Under the pieces are notes generated by a model that was given only the letters and a program-made list of their open reading frames with translations, ran no database searches and was not told where the DNA came from. Position numbers and translations under genes: made by a program. This document shows, piece after piece, positions 31,101 through 39,157 of a stretch of 57,120 nucleotides of DNA (positions are counted from its first letter, which is position 1; each line of letters starts with the position of its first letter). Source of the DNA: Deltaproteobacteria bacterium (lineage in GTDB: Bacteria; JAEEML01); NCBI GenBank assembly GCA_016283195.1, contig JAEEML010000037.1, positions 1 to 57,120 of the forward strand, read 5' to 3'.

Positions 31101-32813
31101 ATTGCTCTTAATCAGGGCAACTACGAAGAGGCTTACGGGCGTCTCAAACATTTGGTGGAAGTATTGCCCCTCCACGACCGGGTGGATATCTTCATCAAGA
31201 TGGCCGATATTGCCAAGAATAATTTGGGCGATGCGGCGCGGGCTGTTTGGGCTCTCGAAAATGCCCGCCAGATTACTCCAGAAAATGCGGCAGTTATTGA
31301 GCCGCTGGCCGGTATTTATTATGCCCAAAAACAATTGCCCCAGGCTGTTGCGCTCTATGAGCAATTGGTGAATATGCTTGGCGATGTTACCCGCCGCCGC
31401 GATTTGCACTTCCTTTTGGGCTCCCTCTATAAAGATGAGCTGAATTCGGCGCCCAAAGCCGTTTTCCACTTTAATGCCGCTCTCGATGCCGATGTGAGCT
31501 TTATCAAAGCCTTTGAAGAGATTGAGAAGGTTTTGGTGGCTTATAAACAGTGGGGCCTTTTGGAAGAGAATTACCGCCGCATGATCGAGCGTATGCCGCG
31601 TAATCTTGTGGCCGCCCGTACCTGGCTCTGGCGCAATCTCGGCGATTTGTATCGCAAAGTGCTGAATAACCTGGATGGCGCCATTATGGCTTATGAAGTG
31701 GTGACCAAGTTGAGCCCGGATACCAAAGCCGATGCCGAAGTTCTGGCCTCTCTCTATGCGCAAAAACCGGAGCACCGCAGCGAAGCTATCCGCATTCAAC
31801 ATGAAGCACTTTTAAGCGATGCCAACCCGGTGAACCATATTCGCGAGCTGCGCACTCTCTACCATGCCGACCAAAACTTTGATGCTGTTTATACCATGGC
31901 CACAGCTCTTATGGCTCTTGGCGAAGCCAATCAGGAAGAGCAGCAGATCTTCCAATATCTCTCGCAAGCCGCTTCCTTCAAAGTGGTTTCCGGCCTTTCG
32001 GAGCAAATGTGGCAGGAGCTCGTTTATCTGCCGGCTCTAAATGCGCCTATTTCCAAGCTTTCGGCGCAGCTTATGCGCATTGCCGCCGGGGAAATAACCT
32101 TTGATCTCAAAGAGCTGGGGCTCAAAAAGAACATGAAGCTCGATTTGCGCTCGGCTATGTTGCCGCAAACAGCCAATGTCTTTAAAACCACGGCGCGCCT
32201 TATGGATCTCGACAATCTTGAGTTTTATATTCGCCCGGGTGTGGCCGATGATATGCTTTTAACACCGACCAACCCGCCGTCACTTGCCATTGGCCAGTTC
32301 AATGAGATGATGACCGTTACCGATCGTCGCTTGAACTTCCACCTGGCCCGGGAGATCTTCTTTGGCAAGCCGGAATTTTATTTAGCCCGCGTCTTTAGCG
32401 GCGAAAAACTGGCCGATGTGCTCTTTGGTATTATCATGGCCGCCTCCGGCAACAGCAACATGGAGCACAATGCCAACCCGCGCGAAGTGGACCGCTGGGC
32501 CAAGCACTTTAGCAAGATCCATCAGTACCTGCGCTCCTATACCGACCTCTTGCGCCAGGTATATGCCCAGCTCATGACTCCCGGCAGCCGCGAAGAATAC
32601 CAGAAGCAGCTGGAACTTACCGCCTGCCGCGTGGGCTTTATCTTTGGCGGTTCACTGGATATCGCCATGAAGGCCCTGGAAGAAATTCATAATCCTGTGG
32701 CTAAGCTCGATTTGCGTGAGCGCCAGAAACAAATACTGCTCTATAGCTGCACTCCGGAATATCTCAAAGTGCGTCAGGCTACAGGTCTTGCTCTTAAAAT
32801 TCAAAAGAAATAG
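22170..32813 (+). CDS. Giant 3547-aa TPR protein, AgmK/GltI-like (myxobacterial gliding-associated family)
   Basis: Continuous TPR-type repeats (A..Y..L..DP....A...L..L....W..L); C-terminal TACRVGFIFGG...EYLKVRQATGL as in myxobacterial giant TPR proteins. Confidence 0.8.
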   Translation: MEQTLQELAKEIIGKTNIQAELDNFCENYLNDERYEELLQNLETLATLTAEDVAVTAAVLNKTADVALLFDLEQRAEHYYRRVVAASPDNVEALRGLRKIYQGWGDVGRAALLYEKELSLEPDEQKKLAGYLELGEIYRSQLDEPEKAEAAFGEALKIDPQNAAAISALAAVSVAGEKWELAVTYLEKELIVCGVSADLEGRIIKTLNKLAARPITHKLAEKLAESAKENGLESAEISAISTELAAEAQNWAEKTQKLAGEAMETLEQDPAKAAEDYVLIAEYIMVYGADVDAAEKWLESSLLIWPAMPRALSVLEQICLSTGRLSELAQKLEAMASSAPSSTAAAALLARAAQIYSDSLQNEEAAAATYAKLLQFDPCDQKAVTALTDYYRKNQKWNECLTTLVFAAKHAENSADKIKYFENICEILEKELGDKERAIPYYKYILSLDHHHVGAAKALEGVLRAAGDAAGLALCLTPLAQASEGAERAAYLKELIGLYEGALADHTKAVTIMTMLVREEPTAENLDKLLGDLQNDKELSIATRSLKEAIKETADEKTRIAFMLALASCYEKGDSPWAAADIYAEVLSIDPENSVAKEKAGKSETNTAGIEAVTMEHIAAATSSEEKIRALIAGAEEAKLDRPEKAVDFLNQAIALDKNNLATMDLLIDLLSRLKRLPALADILEKRCALSEGSVLAEKRRELAEVFEKLDNGKRAAAIYMDILQDNPDDAEALEALENLLKRGVEILSISKMVRPIYKAKGRYDALAEIDELLYSKVRTSQEKIELLLEIADCYDAHLSDAEKALNALFRALRLAPERSDIQAKVEATSAEAEGQGGYETLVNNYVEIARSLSPLKAQPLWLKVGEIASLRMKDLNLAATALLSAFTSTPRDEKVISAMGILFNEAGSQILLDKTAEMWAGKDSKFTKLLYKNLAKAAENGGAGTLATALWNKVRELDPEDSEVLKATERLAEASGDTAAMADNLRKKLEKATGAHRQKLVLQLADMLLEEDDKAAEVKELLDNEKGENPSKDFLARLINVSRTLDDKEALKANLSALISLQGAGAERNANIIELARLEDECGDKDGALLHIEEVLHSKDPGSEAITLLEELLLDADDEFHAKADKLLADSYAAAGRYAEAIALWEKIALATADTAAQTELYRQIAATQQNKLNDNGAAFATLIKVFNVSPKDAQLRKELETLAEASGNWEELVKAYQAALPALEGEVAATVINRRIAEILETKLGRAAEAIEYYKASGGTGGALPDDLPALQSMERLLRSQENSVDLAPVLEKMASLLPENDKKHRKEYLAESAKIYVDVMGDLNSGARLYESAMEIDPRDKEVLANLDQLYIQMADWKKLADLLTKRIEAAGISPDVVDLHLRRAKLMMDEFHDTQAALNHYKTVLVKKRNHEGAVAGLEELLPLVENKAEIAQILEPIYTSAQNNEKLAWILEVRLDLVEAPQKKSLLRRIGDIYENKLGKKAEAMSYARRAMHADPNDMGIQMWLAKLAAETENYDLLASAYVEEVENVDEKMALRFHRNAASIFHEKLQDYPAAIEEYRAIVAADPKDEKALGSMEAIFREQNNFAELALVLRKRADMTVGMERRREILSELGSIYGDKLSDGAKAIAVFKEVLAIAPDDLSAFENAERLLASGQEWDNLANFYKGEIERLATKRGVEPRTRRLELMLKRAKVLDSNLGDFDAATAILTDIFKEAPDNSAAWEYGEERITAKVATAETIALLEDIYQKESEWEKYIAILERKLQLIASQEERPAIYKEIATTILEKLGQSERAYMVLCRAFDEDRAAESVREMLEELTDKLNKYEDLAEIYADSLETLPDQDLRLKTILKLASIYDEKLKNSESAISWYEKALEAVPNDAAILANLDRLFTATEAWNKLITVLEQEIEISSESKDKVAFLLRLAEVWNNQLFEDEQALNSYKKVLELDPENIPALKATANIYEETDSYENLAESLRKQAELLPDNEEQFRIHKRLAELSAEEFSDFADSIEHWKKVIAITPSDEEAQRSLEFLLNEEERWEELADHYRLLLTLKSDEQEKAEIYSKLGVVLGEKLGRTTDALSSWEEVLNTDPHNLEALRALMPIYLERAMFDKFEEVAKVAMPLVEAEEAQTIRFNLAKVIGLELNRPEEGITMAKDYLRLEQVKADELEELGAALEKMEAFADAATAYAKAPDLLEGQVDKQVELYLKAANICRDKLESEKKATEYLESLREVKADHKEAFDRLRAIYKETEQWRKLIALDDDFVNYADKELAYELLSEIRDIQNNQLAEKEMAFLTACRAFKARPDLPEAAAALEEIGAATESIEEAVAIMEEDVENVADIPARVELLRRIAVIYAEKMDNIPEAERILKDLRAIAPEDLDALDKLAALAAREERFDKELEAMETKLSIVPELEDKKRLLYDIAHVYEDSIEDTDGAIATYKRILEYDPKDRNSLEQMQRIYTAQESWEELVETLSKLVELSQDVNELVEIELRVARILENQLERPDDAIGWYNAILELVPGHSETLSALENLYTNLERWRELVQVYEQELQATEDTDTQVAIMSKVAIIYETQFDSAQDAVYVYERILDIDSTNLKAFAAIERLLRTIGEWTKLISFLERHIALLDSNDEKVAIYLQIAEIYYQELKLVNKAEETYNIAYKMDSTNADAILALSQLYERSGNWFAALDMLQKGADVLGKDRKAVRLLFRMGRINQEMLWDMGTAKSCYLKALEIDDTHMASLAALKEIAYSEKDWDNYIEYLIVEADNADDDEEKCELYYETAEFFRTTKMDDDQAASFYEKALAANPEYLPAANQLAELCFKMEKWARARELYTQAINGADSNKNNHELSQKHYRLGYVCAKLDDKDEALNHYQKAVECDPTYLPALEGLSQALLNAEAYEEAIKVFQMMLIHHRDSLTESEVVDIQYQIGDLYLKIGQLDRALREFEKCLKIDPDHPQTLEAMAGIALNQGNYEEAYGRLKHLVEVLPLHDRVDIFIKMADIAKNNLGDAARAVWALENARQITPENAAVIEPLAGIYYAQKQLPQAVALYEQLVNMLGDVTRRRDLHFLLGSLYKDELNSAPKAVFHFNAALDADVSFIKAFEEIEKVLVAYKQWGLLEENYRRMIERMPRNLVAARTWLWRNLGDLYRKVLNNLDGAIMAYEVVTKLSPDTKADAEVLASLYAQKPEHRSEAIRIQHEALLSDANPVNHIRELRTLYHADQNFDAVYTMATALMALGEANQEEQQIFQYLSQAASFKVVSGLSEQMWQELVYLPALNAPISKLSAQLMRIAAGEITFDLKELGLKKNMKLDLRSAMLPQTANVFKTTARLMDLDNLEFYIRPGVADDMLLTPTNPPSLAIGQFNEMMTVTDRRLNFHLAREIFFGKPEFYLARVFSGEKLADVLFGIIMAASGNSNMEHNANPREVDRWAKHFSKIHQYLRSYTDLLRQVYAQLMTPGSREEYQKQLELTACRVGFIFGGSLDIAMKALEEIHNPVAKLDLRERQKQILLYSCTPEYLKVRQATGLALKIQKK

Positions 32814-32821
32814 GTGATATT

Positions 32822-33040
32822 ATGAAAAAGAGAATATTTGCCAAAATTAAAAATGTTATTTTGCTGGGCTTTGCGGCTTTTTTCCTCACCAGCACCCCGG
32901 CCTGCGTAGTGGTTACCTCCCCTGGTCACCGCGACCATCAGCGGGAGGAAGCTCAGCGTCGGCGCGAAGAAGAGCGCCGGCGGGAGGCCGAACGGCGGCG
33001 CCATGAACAGGATCGCGAGCGCCACGGGCACCATCGCTAG
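32822..33040 (+). CDS. Small putative lipoprotein with Arg/Glu/His-rich tail
   Basis: RBS AGGTG; basic then hydrophobic leader ending TPAC; charged helix similar to the next gene. Confidence 0.6.
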   Translation: MKKRIFAKIKNVILLGFAAFFLTSTPACVVVTSPGHRDHQREEAQRRREEERRREAERRRHEQDRERHGHHR

Positions 33041-33071
33041 CAACAATTTGAAACAATATTAAGCATTATAT

Positions 33072-33087
33072 TGTGATCTTTATTACA
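33072..33087. promoter_or_regulatory. CRP-family-like binding site
   Basis: TGTGA-N6-TTACA (9/10 match to TGTGA-N6-TCACA) in AT-rich intergenic DNA. Confidence 0.35.
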
Positions 33088-33204
33088 GTTTTTGTGTGAC
33101 TTACCCTGCTACCCTGAAAGAAATTTAGGTCTTTTTTTAAAAAGTACCTAGACTTTGGACAGCTATTCGGGGTAGAAGAGCCCCAGAAAGGAAATGGTGT
33201 CACC

Positions 33205-34383
33205 ATGTCAAAATTCAGAAGCACCCTAACTTGGAGTTTGGCCGCCCTTTTTGTCGCTATTACACCGACTTATGCTTGGGCTGCTGCGGAAACGCAAACC
33301 GTTCATGCTAAGAGTTCTGCTTTAGCCACTCCGGCCGAGGAGCGCCGCCACAGAGAAGAACAAAGAAGACGTGAAGAAGAAAAACGGCGCAAACAGGAAG
33401 AAGAGCGCCGTCGTCAGGAGGAGGAGCGCCGCCGCCGCGAAGAAGAGCAACGCCGCCGTCAGGAAGAAGAGCGTCGCCGTCAGGAAGAAGAGCGTCGCCG
33501 TCAGGAAGAAGAGCGTCGCCGCCAGGAAGAGCAGCGCCGTCGTGAAGAAGAGCAGCGTCGTCGCCAGGAAGAAGAGCGCCGCCGTCAGGAAGAGCAGCGT
33601 CGCCGCGAAGAAGAAAATCGCCGTCGCCAGGAAGAAGAGCGCCGTCGGCAGGAAGAGCAGCGCCGCCGCGAAGAAGAAGCTCGTCATCACCATGCCAACC
33701 CGCCGGCTCATAATAGCAACGGCCATCGTATTTGGGGCACAGGTGCCGGTCATTATACCAAGCGTTTACCTCCGCCCTCTCGCTATGACAGAAGAAACAG
33801 CGTCACCATCAATCGCCGCGGCGGTATGCACTTCCATGTGAATGCGCCCTTTGTTAAATCGCGCCGCCCGAATCGTTTCCGCCCGATTCATGATTGGGTT
33901 ATCGATCCTTTCATTTATTTCCTCTCCGGCGGTCAGGTGATGATCGATGGCATTACCTATAGAACCACCACCTGCAAAGGCCAAATTTGCTATTACTGGA
34001 ATCCCAGCGATGGTTACGATGATTTCTGGAGCTGCGACAGCCGTCAATGCTACTATTGCAACTCTCATAGCTGCTGGAGCGGCAAAGATGATGGCGTCAG
34101 CTTTAAAGATGCCGGTTTTGAGCGCTGTGTGCGCAATAAATTAAATAAAAGGAGCGGCCGGCTTACCGAGCGCGATATGAATAGCATTCGCCACCTCGAT
34201 TGTAGCGGGTACGGCATTCGTTCGCTCGATGGTCTGGAAAATCTCGAAGAGCTCTATAGCCTCGATATTACCGATAACTGTATTCACGATTTCTCTGTCC
34301 TGGACGAGCTGGATATCAACACCAATCATGTTACCGGTTGGAATCGTCAATATTCTCATAGGGACTGCCGTAGCCGCCGCTAA
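33205..34383 (+). CDS. Secreted protein with E/R single-alpha-helix repeat, Cys-rich region and short LRR domain
   Basis: Signal peptide ending AWA; about 110-aa EEERRRQ run; FKDAGFERCVR...IRSLDGLENLEELYSLDITDNCI (internalin-like cap and LRR). Confidence 0.78.
   Translation: MSKFRSTLTWSLAALFVAITPTYAWAAAETQTVHAKSSALATPAEERRHREEQRRREEEKRRKQEEERRRQEEERRRREEEQRRRQEEERRRQEEERRRQEEERRRQEEQRRREEEQRRRQEEERRRQEEQRRREEENRRRQEEERRRQEEQRRREEEARHHHANPPAHNSNGHRIWGTGAGHYTKRLPPPSRYDRRNSVTINRRGGMHFHVNAPFVKSRRPNRFRPIHDWVIDPFIYFLSGGQVMIDGITYRTTTCKGQICYYWNPSDGYDDFWSCDSRQCYYCNSHSCWSGKDDGVSFKDAGFERCVRNKLNKRSGRLTERDMNSIRHLDCSGYGIRSLDGLENLEELYSLDITDNCIHDFSVLDELDINTNHVTGWNRQYSHRDCRSRR
33337..33681 (+). repeat. Coding tandem repeat, mostly 21-nt units (CAGGAAGAAGAGCGYCGYCGY)
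   Basis: Direct imperfect repeats with synonymous variation encoding (Q/E)EEERRR. Confidence 0.9.
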
Positions 34384-34425
34384 TAGTTAGCATTAATCAT
34401 CTTGAAAACCACCCCAGAGGTTTAA

Positions 34426-35166
34426 ATGTATAACATTCTCATTGCCATTGCCGCCGGTGCCGTTACCGAGTTGGCCCTCTTTTTACCTGGTCTCTTAAAA
34501 GCCTATGAAGCCTCAGCTCCGGCGGTGCTTGTAGCCATAATTGCCTACTTCGTTTTGGCCAGGCGCTCCTTCAAAAAGCTGGAAAAGCTTATGACCGATG
34601 CTTCCAAAGTGCTGAATAATAATCCGCCGAAATTTGAGAAAGCCATCGGCATTTTAAAGCAGGGGTATAAGCTGAATCGCTGGCAAATCGGAGTAAAATC
34701 CCAGGTGAGTGCCCAAATCGGCATGATTCTCTTTCTAAAAAAAGATAATAAAGAGGCTGCCGAGTACCTAAACGAGTCCAAAGAGTTGGCTCACTGGATG
34801 GCGGCAGCTATGCTCGGCGTTATTTACTTTAAGCAAAAAAAGTATGACGAGATGAAGAGCGCTTTTGAAGTGGCCGTGAAAAAGAGCAGCAAAGAGACTT
34901 TGGCCTGGAGCCTTTATGCTTACTGCCTGGAAGATCTGGGCAAGCGCGACGAAGCTATGGCTATTCTTAATCGCGGTATCAAAAAGGTGAAAGATCACCA
35001 AAAGCTGGATGAAAATCTTTTGGCTTTGCAAAATAACAAAAAGATGAAGATGCGCCAGCTTTATAAAGAGCAGTGGTACCAATTCCAAATCGAAAAACCG
35101 CCGGCCATTGTGATGGAAAATCAATTCCAGTCTTTCAGTAAAAAACGCCGCCGCCATATCCAGTAA
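34426..35166 (+). CDS. Membrane-anchored TPR protein
   Basis: Two N-terminal TM helices then TPR-like helices; RBS GAGG. Confidence 0.75.
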   Translation: MYNILIAIAAGAVTELALFLPGLLKAYEASAPAVLVAIIAYFVLARRSFKKLEKLMTDASKVLNNNPPKFEKAIGILKQGYKLNRWQIGVKSQVSAQIGMILFLKKDNKEAAEYLNESKELAHWMAAAMLGVIYFKQKKYDEMKSAFEVAVKKSSKETLAWSLYAYCLEDLGKRDEAMAILNRGIKKVKDHQKLDENLLALQNNKKMKMRQLYKEQWYQFQIEKPPAIVMENQFQSFSKKRRRHIQ

Positions 35167-35308
35167 TAGCTATCTATAATTAAGCCTCATCTCCCGCTAC
35201 CTCCCAATAATCTAAAGCATTTAAAAAAAATTTTTAATCAGCCTGGAAAGCATAGACCGGCACTCTAGCAGGCAAATAAATAAAATGTACTTAAGGGGAG
35301 AAAAAAGA

Positions 35309-35383
35309 TGGTGGGCGATATTGGGTTCGAACCAATGACTTCCACCGTGTGAAGATGGCACTCTTCCGCTGAGTTAATCGCCC
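35309..35383 (-). tRNA. tRNA-Val(CAC)
   Basis: Reverse complement GGGCGAT...CCATC-TTCACAC-GGTGG...GGTTCGAACC...ATCGCCC-ACCA; 75-nt cloverleaf with encoded CCA. Confidence 0.96.
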
Positions 35384-35395
35384 AAGCCGTTCGCG

Positions 35396-35424
35396 CTTTT
35401 ACAACCATAGATTTTGTTTGTCAA
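35396..35424 (-). promoter_or_regulatory. Sigma70-type promoter of tRNA-Val
   Basis: TTGACA-N17-TAAAAG just upstream of the tRNA 5' end. Confidence 0.6.
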
Positions 35425-35592
35425 GAATTTTTTCATTTAAAAAACCAAAGGCGGAAATCTTGAGTATTTTCTTGACTCCATCTGGCCGAAAGAATTAACC
35501 CCATTAGAGCGATTTTCCAATTTTTTTTAGGAATAACGCCCAAGGATTTTTTAGATTCACATATTTTGTGAAGAAAATGAGAGGAGCAAGTT

Positions 35593-36327
35593 ATGCATTA
35601 CTTAAAAAGTGTCACTCTTTTAGGTGTCCTTACTTTATTTTTGGTGGCCTGCGGCGGCGAAGAAAAAGAGGTAGCTCCCTGTTCTTGTTCTTGTCCCAAA
35701 GCTAATCCGAATAGGCCGGCATGGTGCCCGGTAGACGGTACAACGGGCACAATGATAGATGAACGCGATAATAATCGCCAATATAAAACCGTGATAATTA
35801 ATTGCCAGGAGTGGATGGCTGAGAACTATCGGCGCGAAACCGGGGTCTATTTTGTGCCGCATGGCGACGGCTTTAAAGAGCTCGATGTAGCCGTCTATGG
35901 CCTCCTTTATGCACGGAATACCGTTGTGGCTGAAGATTTCTGCCCGAGCGGCTGGCATGTGCCGAACAATGCCGAATATGAAGCTTTTTTAACTTATGTC
36001 AATAATTATAGAGGTAGTAGCGATGCCTTATTGGCTCTTATCGCCAAAAGCCCGGAATGGTTGCTCTACCCCAATAAAGGCGGTAATGATTTTGGCTTTA
36101 GCGCCATGCCGGCAGGTGCCAAGGTTGGACCTGATCTTTACATGAATGCCGGGTACCGCGCTTATATCTGGTCGACAACGACCGATGGAAAGTATGGTTA
36201 CTTTCTGCGGATTGGTGACATATCTGATGGCACAGCGGAAACCAAAGCCTCGGTGGAAGGCCGAGGCCTTTGGGAAGCTTATTCTGCGCGCTGCCTTAGA
36301 GACTCTCTGCCCCAAGCGGCAAACTGA
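35593..36327 (+). CDS. FISUMP (Fibrobacter succinogenes major paralogous) domain lipoprotein
   Basis: Lipobox LVAC; DERD..YKTVII...WMAEN, YGLLY, CPSGWHVP, FGFSAMPAG, SARCLRD. Confidence 0.9.
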   Translation: MHYLKSVTLLGVLTLFLVACGGEEKEVAPCSCSCPKANPNRPAWCPVDGTTGTMIDERDNNRQYKTVIINCQEWMAENYRRETGVYFVPHGDGFKELDVAVYGLLYARNTVVAEDFCPSGWHVPNNAEYEAFLTYVNNYRGSSDALLALIAKSPEWLLYPNKGGNDFGFSAMPAGAKVGPDLYMNAGYRAYIWSTTTDGKYGYFLRIGDISDGTAETKASVEGRGLWEAYSARCLRDSLPQAAN

Positions 36328-36453
36328 TAATTGCATCTTTAAAATACCATTTACTTTTAGCTAATTACCCGCCAACTTAGACATTATTTAAAACTAAGAT
36401 AATTTTTATCTTGCATTTTAATTTTATTGTGCTAGTTAGTGCCAAGGTCGGCA

Positions 36454-36545
36454 GGAGAGCTGGCCGAGTCCGGTTGATGGCGCTTGATTCGAAATCAAGT
36501 GTACCCTTACGGGTATCGGGGGTTCGAATCCCTCGCTCTCCGCCA
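36454..36545 (+). tRNA. tRNA-Ser(CGA)
   Basis: GGAGAGC acceptor; CTTGA-TTCGAAA-TCAAG anticodon arm; long variable arm; GGTTCGAATCC; ends GCCA. Confidence 0.96.
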
Positions 36546-36577
36546 CTTTTATTAAGTGGAGGCGCCGGCATGATTGC

Positions 36578-36670
<93 letters not shown>

Positions 36671-36699
36671 TTTGTTTTTTCACCGGTAATCCGGTTTAT

Positions 36700-36796
<97 letters not shown>

Positions 36797-36928
36797 GCCT
36801 TTTTTGCCTTCCCAAAAAAAAGATTATCTAAAATAGCCTTCACTGTTGAGTAATGGTTTTTTTTTATGTTATAGAGCTTTTCGTGTCTTTGTGCGCAGAG
36901 TGTCCGCAGGATACTATGAGGGTTATAC

Positions 36929-39133
36929 ATGGCTAGTAGTGAAGGGACGATGCTGGGAAAATACCTCCTTCTTAGGAAGCTGGATACCGGCGGTATGGGT
37001 GAGATTTTCCTGGCCAAACAGAGCGGCCCTGTCGGCTTTGAGAAGATGGTGGTTATCAAGCGCGTTTTGGCGCAGCACCTTGATAATCAGGACTTTGTCG
37101 AAATGTTCATGCAAGAGGCGCGTATCACCGCCCGCCTCTCTAACCCCAATATTGTTCAGGTATATGACTTTGGCCAAATCGAAGATAGTTACTATACGGC
37201 CATGGAATATATCAAGGGCAAGGGGCTTGATAACATCATAAACCGTTGCAAAAAGCTCAAAAAACACATTCATCCGGCGCATATTATCGAGATAATCTGC
37301 GGCGTTTGTTCCGGCCTCTCTTATGCCCATAATTTAAAAGACGAATACGGCGAGCCGCTACACATCATTCACCGCGATGTAAACCCGCAAAATATTATGG
37401 TTACCTATAATGGCGATATTAAAGTTATCGACTTTGGTATTGCCAAAAGTGAAGTCAACGAGAATAAGACGGAGACGGGCACTTTAAAAGGCAAATTTGT
37501 CTATATGTCGCCGGAGCAAAGCTGTGCCAAAAAGCTCGATAAAAGAAGCGATATTTTCCCTATCGGCATTTGTCTTTATCAACTTTGCGCTTACGATAAT
37601 CCCTTTGCCAAAGCCAATATCGTGCTCTCTTTGGAAGCTATCCAAAAAGAGGATCCGCCACCGCCCAGCACTATTGATCCGGAATATGCCTGTTTTGATC
37701 AAATAATTGCCAAAGCTTTGCAAAAAGAGCCGGATAACCGCTATAGCGATTGCCGGGAAATGCACGATGATTTGCAACGCCTGATGCTGAGCGGCGCTGT
37801 GCAACCGGCTCCTGAGACTCTTGGCGACTTTATGGCCGAGCTCTTTGCCAGTGATTTGCAAAAAGAAAATGAGCGCCTTAAAGAATATGCCCATATCCGG
37901 GTGCCCGAAGAGGCGGGAGCTCCGGCTGCTTCCGGATCCGGCGCCAATTACAACTTGAGCAATGCTCCGACAGTTGTCGGCGCTATGAGTCCAGGCCCGT
38001 CAAGCGGCAATATTCCTCTTACCAATCCCAATATGCCGATGAATAATATGGGCATGGGCAGTTCCGGGGCTTTGCCTTTGCAACAGCCGCCGATGGGGAC
38101 TATGCCCGGCCAACCCTGGATGCCGGGAACTCCCTATGCCCCCATGATGCCGCAGCCAACTATGGGCGGCATGAATCCATATCAGATGGGCACCTTTACC
38201 GGCGTTTATCAGGAACCGCCAAAATCTAATAAGTTAGCTGTATTTCTGGTCGTTACTATTATTTTGCTCATCGGCGCCGGCGGTGCTGCTTTTATTATTA
38301 AAATGGCCCGCGACAAAGCTTTGGGGCTTAATGGCGGCGTTTCGGCCATTACAGCTGTAAAACCCATTAAAGAAATAGCCCCTGTGGCTCAGGTGACAAC
38401 TCCGGAAGCTGTTCCCCAAAAACCGGAAACCGATAAAAAAGCCCCCGAAGCCGAAACCAAAGAGCCGGCCCAGGTGGTTAAAAACAGCGAGAACAAAAAA
38501 GAACCTGCTCCCGCTAAAGAGCTAAAAGAGCCCAAAAAAGAACCTGCTCCGGTAGTAGTGAAAAAAGAAGAACCGCAGCAGCCGAAAGTGATTATGAATA
38601 CCGCTCCTAAAGAGCAGCCCAAAGCGGAACAGCCAAAGGCCGAGCAGCCCAAAGTAGAACCGAAAAAAGAGCAACCCAAAGTGGAGCCGAAAAAAGAGCA
38701 GCCTAAAGCTGAGCCGAAAAAAGAGACTCCCAAAACTGCTCCCGTAGCTCCGCCTCCGGCAGCCGAAACACCTGCCGCGAGCGGCGGTACGCTTATTGCC
38801 GCTTCCAATCCGCCGACGCGGGTTAAATTGGATGGCGCCAAAATCGGGCAAACACCTGGGCTTAGAGCTCAGCTGAAAAAAGCCAGCGGAAAATTAGTTT
38901 TCGGCGATACATCAACGCCTTATGATGTGATTATTAATTACAGAATAAATGATGGCAAAGTAAGCTATACTGTCTCCACCGATCCGGCGAGTATTCTTAC
39001 TCTTAACGGCACAGCCAGAGGCAAGACGCCGCAAACAGTGCAATCCAGCGGAGCGCTTGACAGATTTGAATTTATGGATCCGGCCAGTGCCCAAAAAATG
39101 ACAGTTAATTTGAAAATTACCCCTGATAAATAA
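36929..39133 (+). CDS. Hanks-type Ser/Thr protein kinase with TM helix and Pro/Lys-rich extracytoplasmic region
   Basis: GGMGEIF, VVIK, HRDVNPQN, DFGIAK, YMSPEQ, SDIF; one TM helix; PKAEQ repeats; PEGA-like end. Confidence 0.93.
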   Translation: MASSEGTMLGKYLLLRKLDTGGMGEIFLAKQSGPVGFEKMVVIKRVLAQHLDNQDFVEMFMQEARITARLSNPNIVQVYDFGQIEDSYYTAMEYIKGKGLDNIINRCKKLKKHIHPAHIIEIICGVCSGLSYAHNLKDEYGEPLHIIHRDVNPQNIMVTYNGDIKVIDFGIAKSEVNENKTETGTLKGKFVYMSPEQSCAKKLDKRSDIFPIGICLYQLCAYDNPFAKANIVLSLEAIQKEDPPPPSTIDPEYACFDQIIAKALQKEPDNRYSDCREMHDDLQRLMLSGAVQPAPETLGDFMAELFASDLQKENERLKEYAHIRVPEEAGAPAASGSGANYNLSNAPTVVGAMSPGPSSGNIPLTNPNMPMNNMGMGSSGALPLQQPPMGTMPGQPWMPGTPYAPMMPQPTMGGMNPYQMGTFTGVYQEPPKSNKLAVFLVVTIILLIGAGGAAFIIKMARDKALGLNGGVSAITAVKPIKEIAPVAQVTTPEAVPQKPETDKKAPEAETKEPAQVVKNSENKKEPAPAKELKEPKKEPAPVVVKKEEPQQPKVIMNTAPKEQPKAEQPKAEQPKVEPKKEQPKVEPKKEQPKAEPKKETPKTAPVAPPPAAETPAASGGTLIAASNPPTRVKLDGAKIGQTPGLRAQLKKASGKLVFGDTSTPYDVIINYRINDGKVSYTVSTDPASILTLNGTARGKTPQTVQSSGALDRFEFMDPASAQKMTVNLKITPDK
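38606..38722 (+). repeat. Coding repeats PKAEQ / PKVEPKKEQ in the kinase linker
   Basis: 15-nt and 27-nt imperfect direct repeats. Confidence 0.75.
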
Positions 39134-39157
39134 CTTTAACAAGCAAGGAGAGAAGAG

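Noticed and set aside
33100..33190. Known riboswitch such as c-di-GMP
   Set aside because: Conserved core motifs were not recognisable; kept only as an unexplained hairpin.
33337..33681. Short periodic repeats as a CRISPR array
   Set aside because: No unique spacers, in-frame units with synonymous variation inside a CDS, and no cas genes.
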